Source: Macrostomum lignano (Eukaryota). From it: 64,000 nt of DNA. Every line of letters starts with the position of its first letter. The first letter of the stretch is position 1. Made by a program: the position numbers and the translations under genes. The stretch spans positions 186,001 through 250,000 of the forward strand of contig NIVC01000136.1 in the NCBI GenBank assembly GCA_002269645.1, in the 5' to 3' direction. Below the pieces are notes generated by a model. It did not search any database. It was not told the DNA's origin and saw only the letters and a list, made by a program, of their open reading frames with translations. This document shows, piece by piece, positions 1 to 11,814 of this stretch.

Positions 1-1497
1 TTGGCGTTCTATGCTGACACACTCATCTTGCGTTCTATAAGCTGACACACTCATCTTGGCGTTCTATGAGCTGACACACTGATCTTGGCGTTCTATGCTG
101 ACACACTCATCTTGGCGTTCTATGCTGACACACTCATCTTGGCGTTCTATGCTGACACACTCATCTTGGCGTTCTATGAGCTGACACACTGATCTTGGCG
201 TTCTATGAGCTGACACACTGATCTTGGCGTTCTATGCTGACACACTGATCTTGGCGTTCTATGAGCTGACACACTGATCTTGGCGTTCTATAAGCTGACA
301 CACTGATCTTGGCGTTCTATAAGCTGACACACCGATCTTGGCGTTCTATGAGCTGACACACCGATCTTGGCGTTCTATGAGCTGACACACTGATCTTGGC
401 GTTCTATGCTGACACACTGATCTTGGCGTTCTATAAGCTGACACACTCATCTTGGCGTTCTATGAGCTGACACACTGATCTTGGCGTTCTATGCTGACAC
501 ACTCATCTTGGCGTTCTATGCTGACACACTCATCTTGGCGTTCTATGCTGACACACTGATCTTGGCGTTCTATGCTGACACACTCATCTTGGCGTTCTTT
601 AAGCTGACACACTCATCTTGGCGTTCTATGAGCTGACACACTGATCTTGGCGTTCTATGCTGACACACTCATCTTGGCGTTCTATGCTGACACACTCATC
701 TTGGCGTTCTATGCTGACACACTCATCTTGGCGTTCTATGAGCTGACACACTGATCTTGGCGTTCTATGAGCTGACACACTGATCTTGGCGTTCTATAAG
801 CTGACACACTGATATTGGCTTTCTATAAGCTGACACACTGATCTTGGCGTTCTATGAGCTGACACACCGATCTTGGCGTTCTATGAGCTGACACACTGAT
901 TTTGGCGTTCTATGCTGACACACTGATCTTGGCGTTCTATGAGCTGACACACCGATCTTGGCGTTCTATGAGCTGACACACTGATCTTGGCGTTCTATGA
1001 GCTGACACACTGATCTTGGCGTTCTATGCTGACACACTGATCTTGGCGTTCTAGGCTGACACATTGATCTTGGCGTTCTATGAGCTGACACACTGATCTT
1101 GGCGTTCTATGAGCTGACACACTGATCTTGGCGTTCTATGAGCTGACACACTGATCTTGGCGTTCTATGAGCTGACACACTGATCTTGGCGTTCTATGAG
1201 CTGACACACTGATCTTGGCGTTCTATGAGCTGACACACTGATCTTGGCGTTCTATGCTGACACACTGATCTTGGCGTTCTATGAGCTGACACACTGATCT
1301 TGGCGTTCTATGAGCTGACACACTGATCTTGGCGTTCTATGCTGACACACTCATCTTGGCGTTCTATGAGCTGACACACTGATCTTGGCGTTCTATGAGC
1401 TGACACATTGATCTTGGCGTTCTATGAGCTGACACACTGATCTTGGCGTTCTATGAGCTGACACATTGATCTTGGCGTTCTATGAGCTGACACACTA
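1..1497. repeat. 27/29-bp tandem satellite (TTGGCGTTCTATG[AG]CTGACACACT[G/C]ATC), ~50 units, runs off the window start
   Basis: Direct reading; two length variants differing by a 2-nt indel. Confidence 0.97.
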
Positions 1498-3579
1498 ATC
1501 CTGACATCAGAATGGTCGTAAAGTTAATTATGATAAATCTAAGCGTTAACGCAGACACGTTAAAGTACATCAAGTACGCTTAAGTCTCACGCGCCAGCAA
1601 ATTCTTTAGCTCGGAGACGGCCAGTCGGACAATCTCAAGCGAATCCTATTAATGCTTTGCTGCTATAATACTCGTATGTTCACTAATAAGTTCACGGGGT
1701 TCACTTCCATGCTCCAGTGGGCACTCCACTGTAATTAAGTTTTTTAGCTCTTTATAGTCGGCCCAAACGCGAGACAGAAGTACATTTTTTATCTTCACAA
1801 AGCCTACGCGCCATAAAGGACCTCCTTCCTTGCAGTCTGTCAGATTGAAAAATTCCCAACCGGCATCGGGGTCAAAGACGGGAAGACTCGTCGGATTTGG
1901 AAATTCCCCCAATTTTCAAGTCTGGATTATGAGAGGATTAAGAATGGACGAAAAAATCTAGATAAGAAGAGCTGGGGACGAGAATTCTCTCGCCCAGGCA
2001 AAAAAGTGAATTTCCTAACAGCGACTTGGCGTGCGCCTCGACTTGGCAAGTCAGCAACTTTCCACGCGCCCGGATACAAATTGAATCCGAAAGGTTCTAA
2101 TTGGAACTTCTGATTCTCCATACTCTGCAGGTTGCGTGCGCGCTCGCGAACGTCCACGCGCCTGTGTCGCTATGGATTTTTACGGCTCCCGAGCTGGCTG
2201 TATGAAACCGACTTGATTCAAAAAAAAAACTTTTTTCTGCTTCTTTTTCATTTTGAGCCTGGATGAAAATGAATTCATTGAATTTATTGTTAAACGGCTG
2301 AACGTGTCGCGACAGCACGGAGACGTTTTGGTTCTTCCAGCAGGTTTCTCGATTCTCGATGCTTTGCTATTCTCGTACACACTGCTGTTCAACAAGATAG
2401 TCCAGCCTTTATCATGGAGAGCTCAGTACTAATCTAATTCCCAGTCTCTCCTTTGCTGTAATTATAGAGGCCCCCGGCTCTTACGTATTGCGTTCTCAAA
2501 TGTCTGCGTATCTGTCAAAAGAAAGAGTTGCGACAAGAAGCTTTAATCTTTACCACTATCCAACGTCAATGGCGACTTTGTTGGAGAAAATTAGTTAGTA
2601 ACCAAAGCTTGAGAACATGCGGTGCTTGACCACTCTTACCTCGATTGAATAGCATTCGGACAATGCCATCAAGGCGCTCAAGCCTCAGAGACGGCGGATC
2701 AAGGACTCCAGGAGGTTCTTTGGAACTCAACTCAACTCTCTGATGCAACGAGCCTGACGTTTAGCTTCTCGTGCTGCAGCTTATTCGGTTTTTATGTAAT
2801 GCTCCCAGAGTTGAAAGGTCAAAGCGGGTCAAAGCAAAAAGCCTCGTTCCCGTCCGCGGATGAATTTCAACAGAAAAAATTAGCCGCTGTCCTCCAAGCA
2901 GACGTTTTTGCCTGCCAGCTGGTCAAATTTTCTCTGGCTCAAGCAGACTGGACATGCAGCAGCACTGCACGCGCCAATTTACTAACATACACCAGCGGGA
3001 CAGTTGCCAAAGCGCAGAGATGCCTTTCCGCTGGGCGTGCGTGAGCTGCCAGTCGTTAATAGACACGCAGGGAGTGGAGGGGAGCAAAGGGAGAAGAGGG
3101 TCGGAGGAGGGGACTGAGCAGAGGGGGCTGCACTGCCGCACTGTCGGAGGTTGCTTGGGGGAGAATCGACTGACGGGGGGGGGTTGAGGATTGGCTTCCC
3201 CACAAAGCCCACAATTGCCGATCCCACCCCCACCCCTGGTCCGCCGTTCCCGCGCAGCCAACCCCCACAAAATCTCCCCACACTCTCGCCTGCCATGCGG
3301 CCACACCCCGGGTCTGCCCACTTTGGGTAAATCGGGGTCGCGGCCGTTGGGAAGAGAGGGCTGGGGGGGAGGCGAGGCCAAGGGAGAGAAACTGTGTTCA
3401 ATGCATGCATGGCTGGGGCGTATAAAAATATCCCATATCCCCGATACCAGGGGCGCGTCAGTGCGCGGGGGGGGGGGCGGCACAGCCTTGGTGGTATAGT
3501 GCACTGGGCGAATCAATACAGAGAGACTACTGGGGGCAGAGGTGGAGGGAGGCGGTCGGGGCCTGCCAGGCCTGCAGGG

Positions 3580-3910
3580 ACCAATAATCTGTGCGGTAAT
3601 CCATCCAGCTGTGCGGCTAGAAACTAAGATAGAAATATTGAGTAATAAATAAAAATTGCAGGCGCTAATTATGTGTTAACCGATACTGTTTATTACAAAT
3701 ATACTTAGCAGTCTATGCACCAGTGAGCAATCTCTCTTGGACAGTTCTGAAATAAAAGATACGAGAAAACTGATCGTGGTAGCTTTAATCCGTCCAAACC
3801 TCGACTTAACCTGCGTCACTCGCAAAGATTGAGAGACTTTACCTGCACTCTCAAAAGTGGCGACAACAGCTACGGAATCTTCTCTGATGTTGCTGAGTAC
3901 ATGTATATAT
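3580..3910 (-). repeat. Old dispersed repeat, inverted homolog of ~59435-59885
   Basis: Reverse complement gtcgccacttttgagagtgcaggtaaagtctctcaa...gagtgacgca matches gtcgccacttttgagattgcaggtgaggtctctcaa...gagtgacgca at ~59503; attgctcactgg block also shared; boundaries approximate. Confidence 0.65.
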
Positions 3911-4361
3911 AATATAGCCAGGTCACAGACTTGCCTGCAATGCAATCGCATCCTAACCATAACCAGCCGTGGATTCTTCCAGCGACATCTCGTTGCAAAC
4001 CGGTTGACCTCCCACCTGTCCTTTCTGTGGCATGCATGCAGGAGAGGAAACCGCGGAGCAGATCATGTCACCTTATGCCCTTACTTCATTAAGGCGTGGC
4101 ACAAAACACCTCGGCCAACCCCCCCCCCCCCGGATGGACGAGCTGACCATCCTCGGACAACATCCGTGACCTTCTCGTGCCTTCGTCCGAGATACCGGCC
4201 GAGAGATGAGGGTCAACGATGTCTCCCCAATGAACCTGCTGACCCCCAGGGTTAAGCATTGGTTTATTTTACTTTGGGGTTGCCTGCGCCCCCGTCAGTA
4301 CTACATGTAGTAGTAGCTAGTGCATGCAACCGCATGCGGAAAGTTGGATCTTTACGCATGC

Positions 4362-4387
4362 ATACACACGCACACACACACACACAC
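4362..4387. repeat. (CA)n microsatellite
   Basis: Direct reading. Confidence 0.85.
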
Positions 4388-5107
4388 GAATGCAAATTTA
4401 TGCCATTTTTAACCCCATGAACTCAACACAGCTCGATCCAGCGCTCATCATCATCAGTATGCAAATTTGCGAGCTCAATTTGGCATTCTGAGCAGCCATA
4501 TACAGTGTACCAAATGCATCTCGTTTGAGTTGACGACATTAGTATTCTATTGCAATCTCTAGAGCGTTATGGACATTCATTCAAACATACAAACCTTAGA
4601 GATTTAGTATATTTGGATTACAGGCGGTAATAGCCATGTAATTTTTATATTGCATGGAGACTTTCAGTTATTAAGGCTTGCGTATACACAGCATAGAAAG
4701 TGGAATGTGCAATGTCTCGTGATTGACATGTGTTGGACTATATATAATGAGCAAAACCAGCTGTTGAGGAGAGAACGTCTGAAAATTCGAGATCTTCAAT
4801 AGCCGACATTGGAGAGTTTTTTAACAGGCAGTCAATCAACTGAGAATTTGAGCTGGCCTTCTTAAATGCGGAAAATTGCCTGTCAAAGCATGAGGCATAT
4901 TCTTATTTTGCCTTGAATACTCGCACTTTGAGTATAATATAAAACACGAGTAAAGGAAAAGCAGCCACTCAAGGTAAACCACGATTCCAGATATGATATT
5001 GGACAGAAATCGAAGAAGCCGTTCATCTAACCAACATATTTGAATTGATAAAATCATGTGAGGTCCGCGAGCGCCTCGTGTTCTCCATAGGCAATTAATT
5101 TTTACTT

Positions 5108-6122
5108 GCGGTTATTGAAATTTGGAGGCGATTATTGAGGTTTGGGGGCGATTATTGAGGCTTGGGGCGATTATTGAGGCTTGGAGGCGATTATTGAGGT
5201 TTGGGGGCAATTATTGAGGTTTGGGGGCGATTATTGTTGTTTGGAGGCAATTATTGATGTTTGGAGGCGATTATTGAGGTTTGGAGGCAATTATTGGGGT
5301 TTGGGGGCGATAATTGCGGTTTGTCGGCGATTATTGATGTTTGGAGGCAATTATTGAGGTTTGGGGGCGATAATTGAGGTTTGGAGGCGATTATTGTTGT
5401 TTGGAGGCAATTATTGATGTTTGGAGGCGATTATTGAGGTTTGGAGGCAATTATTGGGGTTTGGGGGCGATAATTGAGGTTTGTCGGCGATTATTGATGT
5501 TTGGAGGCAATTATTGATGTTTGGAGGTGATTATTGAGGTTTGGAGGCGGTTATTGAGGTTTGGGGCGACTATTGAGGTTTGGGGACGATAATTGAGGTT
5601 TGGAGGCTCTTATTGAAGTTTGGGGGGGCGATTATTAAGGTTTGGGGCGATTATTGTTGTTTGGAGGCGATTATTGGGGTTTGGGGGCGATAATTGAGGT
5701 TTGTCGGCGATTATTGATGTTTGGAGGCAATTATTGATGTTTGGAGGTGATTATTGAGGTTTGGAGGCGGTTATTGAGGTTTGGGGCGACTATTGAGGTT
5801 TGGGGACGATAATTGAGGTTTGGAGGCTCTTATTGAAGTTTGGGGGGGGCGATTATTAAGGTTTGGGGCGATTATTGTTGTTTGGAGGCGATTATTGAGG
5901 TTCGGAGGCGATAATTGAGGTTTGTGGGCGATTATTGTTGTTTGGAGGCGATTATTGAGGTTCGGAGGCGATAATTGAGGTTTGTGGGCGATTATTGTTG
6001 TTTGGAGGCGATAATTGTTGTTCGGAGGCGATTATTGAGGTTTGGAGGCGATTATTGAGGTTTGAATGCGATTATTGATGTTTGGAGGCGATTATTGAGG
6101 TTTGGAGGCGATTTGAGGTTTG
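5108..6122. repeat. 20-bp G/T-rich minisatellite (GGCGATTATTGAGGTTTGGA), ~50 units
   Basis: Direct reading; includes a ~220-bp higher-order duplication. Confidence 0.95.
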
Positions 6123-7095
6123 GACACCATTCTTAAGACCTTAAATAAGATTTTAGGCCAGAAAGATATTCGTGAACTAAAAGTGCTAATTAATACATGT
6201 AACTAAATTGGAAGTGGCGTTCACGTAAATATTTATTTATCTCGTAAATAACGACACTCACATACTGCATGTACTCGTACATGTACATGATAGGTTTTGA
6301 AAGCGTTGTAGCACAATACACGCGTCTGTACATTTACTTTGTTACTTACTACATGTACATGCACGCGAGCTTAATGTGATTATAAAGGCAGTGATCAGCT
6401 ACATTTAGCAAATGACCCTCTCGCTTCATCTCCTTCAAGCTCGTAAATGCTTGAAATTGCAACTTCAGCTACAAAATTGCTCAAAATATGCCAAACCGGA
6501 AGTACATGCCAACGCCAAGTCTTACTGGTGCTTGTTGGAATTAAACGTTTTATAATTATCCCAAAAATAATACGAATGATTATAAAAGGCACATATCTAT
6601 TAAGACAAACATGCAGGCAGACAAATTAATCTAAAATTGGTACATGCAGGCTTTGGAAAACAATAATGTGTGTAGTTTCAGCAAGCCCTCCGCAACCGAC
6701 TACTGCCTTAATTAATAAGGCGACAGTAGTATTAATTGAAGAATGCTTCATACTATTCTCAAGTTACTGCATGGAATCAATAATGAATAGAATAGCTTAA
6801 AACAGTTAGAAACAGAAATTATATTAAAATTTTGTATTTCCTAGGTTTTGGATTCAATATTTCAGGCTGCATATGCAGATAAATATGGCATTGATGATCA
6901 GTGATTGCATAATTTGATCTTGGGCAGTGAAGATTCATCATTATTTTAATTTAGCATGCACAGCATGCTAATCTGTTAATTTTTACAGAATGAATCAGGT
7001 TTCATGCAGGTATAACCCCATTTCAATGCATACTAGTTCCTACATACACACCCTGACAGTGCGTACAAGTTTGAGTCTTCGCAGTAAGAGGAAAA

Positions 7096-7590
7096 TGGGG
7101 TTGTAGCACTGGAGTCACAAGTCGCGACTGGAAGGTCGAGGGTTCGATTCTCGACCAACTCGGAACAAGTTGTCTTTGAGCAAGACGCTCAACTCTGCAT
7201 TGCCCAACTGTAAAATGGGCGCCAGCATTAGCTGGGGGAAAAGATGGGCCGTAGCCCAGCTGCTCTGGTGTGCCAGCGACCCAGGCTCGATTCCAAGTGC
7301 AGTCACATTAATTTGGGGCTGAATTGGAATCTCGGCTTGGCTCTGCTCGTGCAATTAACGGCCTTGAGAGCCAACCCCCCAAGGCGCAGTGAAGTGTACA
7401 TGCCTAACGATAATATAAAGTTAGGGCCGCTGTACACTCCTGTGTGAGTGTGTGCCTGCGTACGTATCCGCGCGCTTGTATGCCTGCTCAGGGGAGTCGG
7501 CGGAATGGGCAGTAATGCCTCTCGCCGGTTGTGTGCCTATGTCGCTTAAAGTGCGCCAGGGTGCACACAACCCCCCTGCCTCTAATAAAA
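7096..7590 (+). mobile_element. tRNA-derived SINE
   Basis: B-box GGTTCGATTC at ~7140; core-like gtctttgagcaagacgctcaac...ctgtaaaatggg; 3' ~345 bp nearly identical to 52251-52620; ends in aataaaa. Confidence 0.7.
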
Positions 7591-7924
7591 TGGCTGGGGC
7601 AATTGAAATTGCGTGTGTGCCCCCTCCAGTCCTTGGACTGAACAGCCGTACGCAGCCTTCAGATGCGCCGCGCAATAGCTGCGGCTGAGCTGTCGGTTGC
7701 ACATTTGGCCCAATTGGGACAGCTGTAGTCAATTAGTAGTATTATTAAAGAAAAGTAGGCCGACTCAATTCCACTTAGAAGTGCAGTATAATTACAAAAT
7801 TCAATAGAAAATGCAACAAACACAAAACGCAACGTTTATTCACGGCAAGATACTTCAATACACGTATGTACATTTTGTAAGAGAGCAGAAAACACTGCCA
7901 AATAACAAAGTCCTATCACAGCTG

Positions 7925-8536
7925 TCAATCATCCTGCAGCAGTTTATCCAAATCATCGTCCAGTTCGCTCAAGTCGCGAGTCCGCCTGAGTTCCGGTCGG
8001 GAATCCGGCAGAACCAGGGGCGGCGGAGGCGGCGGCAAAGGCGCGGGGACTGGCGGATGCTGCGCGGCCGATGATGGAGCAGCTTCATCGAGTTCCTGCT
8101 TAATAGTAGGAGCCTCAGGAGCCTCAGGAGTCTCAGGAGTCTTTAACTTCAGCCTCGGTGGAGCAACCGCAGCCACGCAGTCGAGATCCAGCCAATCGAA
8201 CTCATCATCAGCTTCCTCATTGACAACAATCAGCTGATCATCTTCGCTGTCAGATGGCTCGTCATCGCCGCTGGCTGGAGACGTCTCAAGGTCAACTGGG
8301 TCCGTGTCTGGCAGGCAGTCTGGCAGCGACTCCGCGCCCAGCAGCTGCAGGTAGGCGTCGGCCAGGGCTGCCTCCCGGTCCTGCGCGGAGGCTTCCGAAG
8401 AGGAAGACGTCACACTGCTGGGATGTTCCGAGGGCTCGCGAACTGAGGCCAGGGCGATGGCGGCGCCAAGGAGGCTGGGATCTGGCCAGAGAGGATGGAG
8501 CTGGTGGACGGAACGCGTGCCTGATGAATCCAGCGC
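7925..8536 (-). CDS. Probable terminal exon of an acidic/Pro-rich low-complexity protein
   Basis: 612-nt open frame from cag|GCG acceptor to stop; D/E/P-rich; AATAAA ~90 nt downstream on the minus strand. Confidence 0.6.
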   Translation of the reverse strand, partial: ALDSSGTRSVHQLHPLWPDPSLLGAAIALASVREPSEHPSSVTSSSSEASAQDREAALADAYLQLLGAESLPDCLPDTDPVDLETSPASGDDEPSDSEDDQLIVVNEEADDEFDWLDLDCVAAVAPPRLKLKTPETPEAPEAPTIKQELDEAAPSSAAQHPPVPAPLPPPPPPLVLPDSRPELRRTRDLSELDDDLDKLLQDD

Positions 8537-8589
8537 CTGGGATTCGGGGGAATTTTAAGTGCTGCCATTAGAGACCATTCTCAAAGACC

Positions 8590-9412
8590 TCAGAGAAATA
8601 GCTGGGGATGAAACAGATTATCTGGGAGGAATTGGGGTTCCCTGGGGTGGATACTGGGATTCCCTGAGGTAGACAAATGGATCAACTCGAGTTGATATTG
8701 GAAATTTTCCGGAGAGGATATGGGGTATTCTCTGGAGAGGATACAGAGATTTTCTGGTATGAATACGAGGGATTCCCTGGAGTGGATATGAGGGATTCCC
8801 TGGAGTGGATATGAGGGATTCCCTAGAGTGGATATGAGGGATTCCCTAAAGTGAATATGAGGCATTCCCTGGAGTGGATATGAGAGATTACCCGAAGTGG
8901 ATAGGCTTCTCTAGAGAGAATACGGGGGATTCCCTGGAGTGGATACGTGGGATTTCCTAGAGAGGATACGGAGGATCATCTGAAGTGAATACGGGGAATT
9001 CCTTAGAGAGGATACTGGGGATTACCTGAAGTGGATACGGGGATTCCCTAGAGGATACGGGGGCTTATCTGAAGTGGATACGGGGGATTCCTTAGAGAGG
9101 ATACGGGGAATTCCTTAGAGAGGATACGGGGATTCCCTACAGTGGATACGGGGTTCCCTTGAGTGGATACGGGGTTCCCTTGAGTGGATACGGGGGATTC
9201 CCTGGAGTGGATACGGGGGATTCTCTGGAGTGGATATGGGGGATTCCCTAGAGTGGATATGGGGGATTCCCTAGAGTGGATACGGGGGATTCTCTGGAGT
9301 GGATATGGGGGATTCCCTAGAGTGGATATGGGGGATTCCCTAGAGTGGATACGGGGGATTCTCTGGAGTGGATATGGGGGATTCCCTAGAGTGGATACGG
9401 CGGATTTTCTGG
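8590..9412. repeat. ~22-23-bp minisatellite (GAGTGGATACGGGGGATTCCCTG), probably intronic
   Basis: Direct reading. Confidence 0.93.
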
Positions 9413-9451
9413 ATTTATGACACCACATAGTGTTCATGACAATGAGTTCAC

Positions 9452-9743
9452 CTGTGGAGACACCTGGTGCTGCAATGGAAGTTTCTGCTGCTGTTGTTGG
9501 CCAAGCTGACGAAAAGCAGACTCCTGCAGCAGGGCATCAAAGTGGCGACCATGAGGCACAGCTCCGGGGCCACCAGATCTGTCAGACTCATCATCCAATG
9601 GTTCTGGACTAAGATCTCTGGGCACTTGTTGTGGTGCAACTTTGCTTGGCTTTCGCGGCTGTCTCTGTTGCTGCTGCAGCTGATTGCGGTTTGGTCTGTC
9701 TGGCCGCCTGCCTGACTGGTGGTGCTTTGGCATTGCCCCAGCT
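9452..9743 (-). CDS. Probable upstream exon of the 7925-8536 gene (Q-rich)
   Basis: Open frame PKHHQSGRR...QQQQKLPLQHQVSPQ; phase-0 donor cag|GTGAAC joins in frame to the phase-0 acceptor at 8536; its own acceptor is weak. Confidence 0.4.
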
Positions 9744-10752
9744 CTGCTTTCACTAATTTAGGTCCAATTTAGCACTGTAAATAAGCACCAGGGTGCATTG
9801 TTCATTTGTTTACGAACAGGCCAAATGCTGATAACAAGAAAAATGATAATGATAATAATATTAGAATAGAAGAAAGTGGCAAAGAATATGTGGTAGTTGG
9901 GGCTATCACTTTTGACATTTCAAATTTCAGATTTTTTGCAAAACGAACTTTTCTAATCACTTTTTGGGACCATGAGGCCATCGAATGGACTTTATGATGC
10001 CATATGGCATCATCCCGGATGGTCTCTGGTCAGGAGCTTCCATTCCTTGCTGCTGAAGTTCCCCTTTCCTTGTTTGGACCTCAGAGCCCCACAAATGGAT
10101 CTCCCCTTTTTGTATGTATTGCTCAAACTGAAACTTATTTAACCCAAATCATATTTACACAATAAGCCAATGAGCATCCATTTATTCTTGATTATTCAAG
10201 AAGCTGTAGCATTATTATAGTTGTGATAGCATTATCCTACTCTAAGTAAGCATAAAAGAAAGTGAATATACATTAAATTAGTGTCTGAGGACATAAAAAA
10301 CTATGCTAACAACCAGCTAAACTGTAATTTTATCTTATCTTCCCCTGAAATAGAAGATCCTAATAGACAGAGTAACCTATCAGATTTTATAACTTAATTG
10401 CAATAGATTTTCTAGCTAGAACTGCACAAACTCAAATGCAGACAGCAGTTCAAATATTCTAAAGCCACCCCACTTCATTGCTATCAACTTGCATATTCAG
10501 TTTTCTTTCCTATCTACTCCTGTCTAAAATGATATTTCTATATACAGGATGTTACATTTTTGAAAGAAAAAGATAACAAAGAGCTGGGCTAAAATGATTT
10601 GAAGTATTTTAGTTGCTGCATTGGTTGCAATGGCTTATAGCACTTGTTTACCTTCTTGAAAATTAGCTGTAAAATCTTAATACAAAAAATCATATCATAT
10701 CATATCATATTGAGTTCTTAGGAACCATAGACTAAAAAAATAAGCTTAGAAT

Positions 10753-11813
10753 TGAAGTGAGCACTAGTTTAGTGTTAGGTGCCCCCTTTGTCAGCTGTGC
10801 CCTGCGCCCTTCTGAGCTGTTGGCTGCCGCTGGCCGCAGCTCTCCCTCCCTCTCTCCCTCTTCCTCTCTCTCCCTCTCCCGCTCCTCTCTCTCCCTCTCC
10901 CTCCCTCGTTGTCCTTTGTCTGCCTGCGCTCCCTTTTGTTCCCCCTTTTTCCGGTTCGTTTGCGTTCCCAGCGTCTGAGCTTCTCCGCTCAGCCTGTCCT
11001 TGTTTCATTCTTTGTCTGTCTCCTTTCCCCTCATTTTTGTGTGGCTGCGTTCTCTTGGCTCGAGTCCAGCCAGTTCTGGCTGTACTCTCTGTCTGGCCGT
11101 ACGGAAGCGGATCACGTGCCCCGGCGCTCTGTCCTTTTCTTGCGCTGCCTTGTGCAATCTCGGGTGTCAGGCTCTAAATTAGGAATGGCGTCCTTGCCTC
11201 TCAAATTGAGGGTTCCGCGCCTGTTTCTAAAAATAGAACTGAATCACGCCAGATTGGGGGCAGTGAGAGCGGCCTTGCGCACTCTGGCGCAATGGGGTGT
11301 TGCACGGTATGGTGAAATCGATCCGCTACCCTATAAGTACGGGCCTCTCGTGCCTCTGTTTGGCAACCCTCTGTGAAACCTCTCGTTTACCTGTGCGTTA
11401 ACTCTTCTGATAACTGCTCTGTTGGAAGTCCAGCGCAGCTTGCGCTAGGCCTTAGCCAACCTATCTGATTTCTGATCCATCTGCGACTGTGTGTCCTCGA
11501 GTGTGCTAAATCCCAACCGAACTAACAGAGACTAGCACAGTTCCTCATCCCCACACTTGAGCCCGGCAGGACCGCTGACGAGGTGTGCACCGGTACGAAC
11601 TGTCAAATCTGCATGACGTGCTGAGTTCTCGTGTCTCGTTTATTTCGCTCAGCCCGGAGTCTCCCTCACCGAAGGACAAGATCCGAGCGAGCTGGTGGCA
11701 GCACTACCAACACTACCAAGGATTGCTAGAAGACTTCCTGGGAGAGTCTACCAAGAGCTCAAAGTAGGCAGCTCACGTGACTGACAGGGAAGTAGCCGGA
11801 ACAAAGTACTTCA
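10753..11813 (+). repeat. 5' LTR (~1060 bp) of the first Gypsy element
   Basis: Begins TGAAGT and ends ACTTCA (inverted termini); followed after 1 nt by a PBS. Confidence 0.8.
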
Positions 11814-11814
11814 C

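Noticed and set aside
1-1497. CRISPR-like appearance of the 27-29-bp repeats (also the 52-bp hairpin array)
   Set aside because: No unique spacers, no cas genes, eukaryotic context
2923-3516. 197-aa Pro-rich ORF and overlapping ORFs
   Set aside because: Low-complexity G/C-run sequence with non-ATG starts and no motif
7096-7170. Possible tRNA gene
   Set aside because: B-box present but no complete cloverleaf, and it continues into a SINE body
8521-8550. CTGATGA hammerhead-like cores (also 12568, 15012, 25858)
   Set aside because: No stem II followed by GAAA in the right geometry
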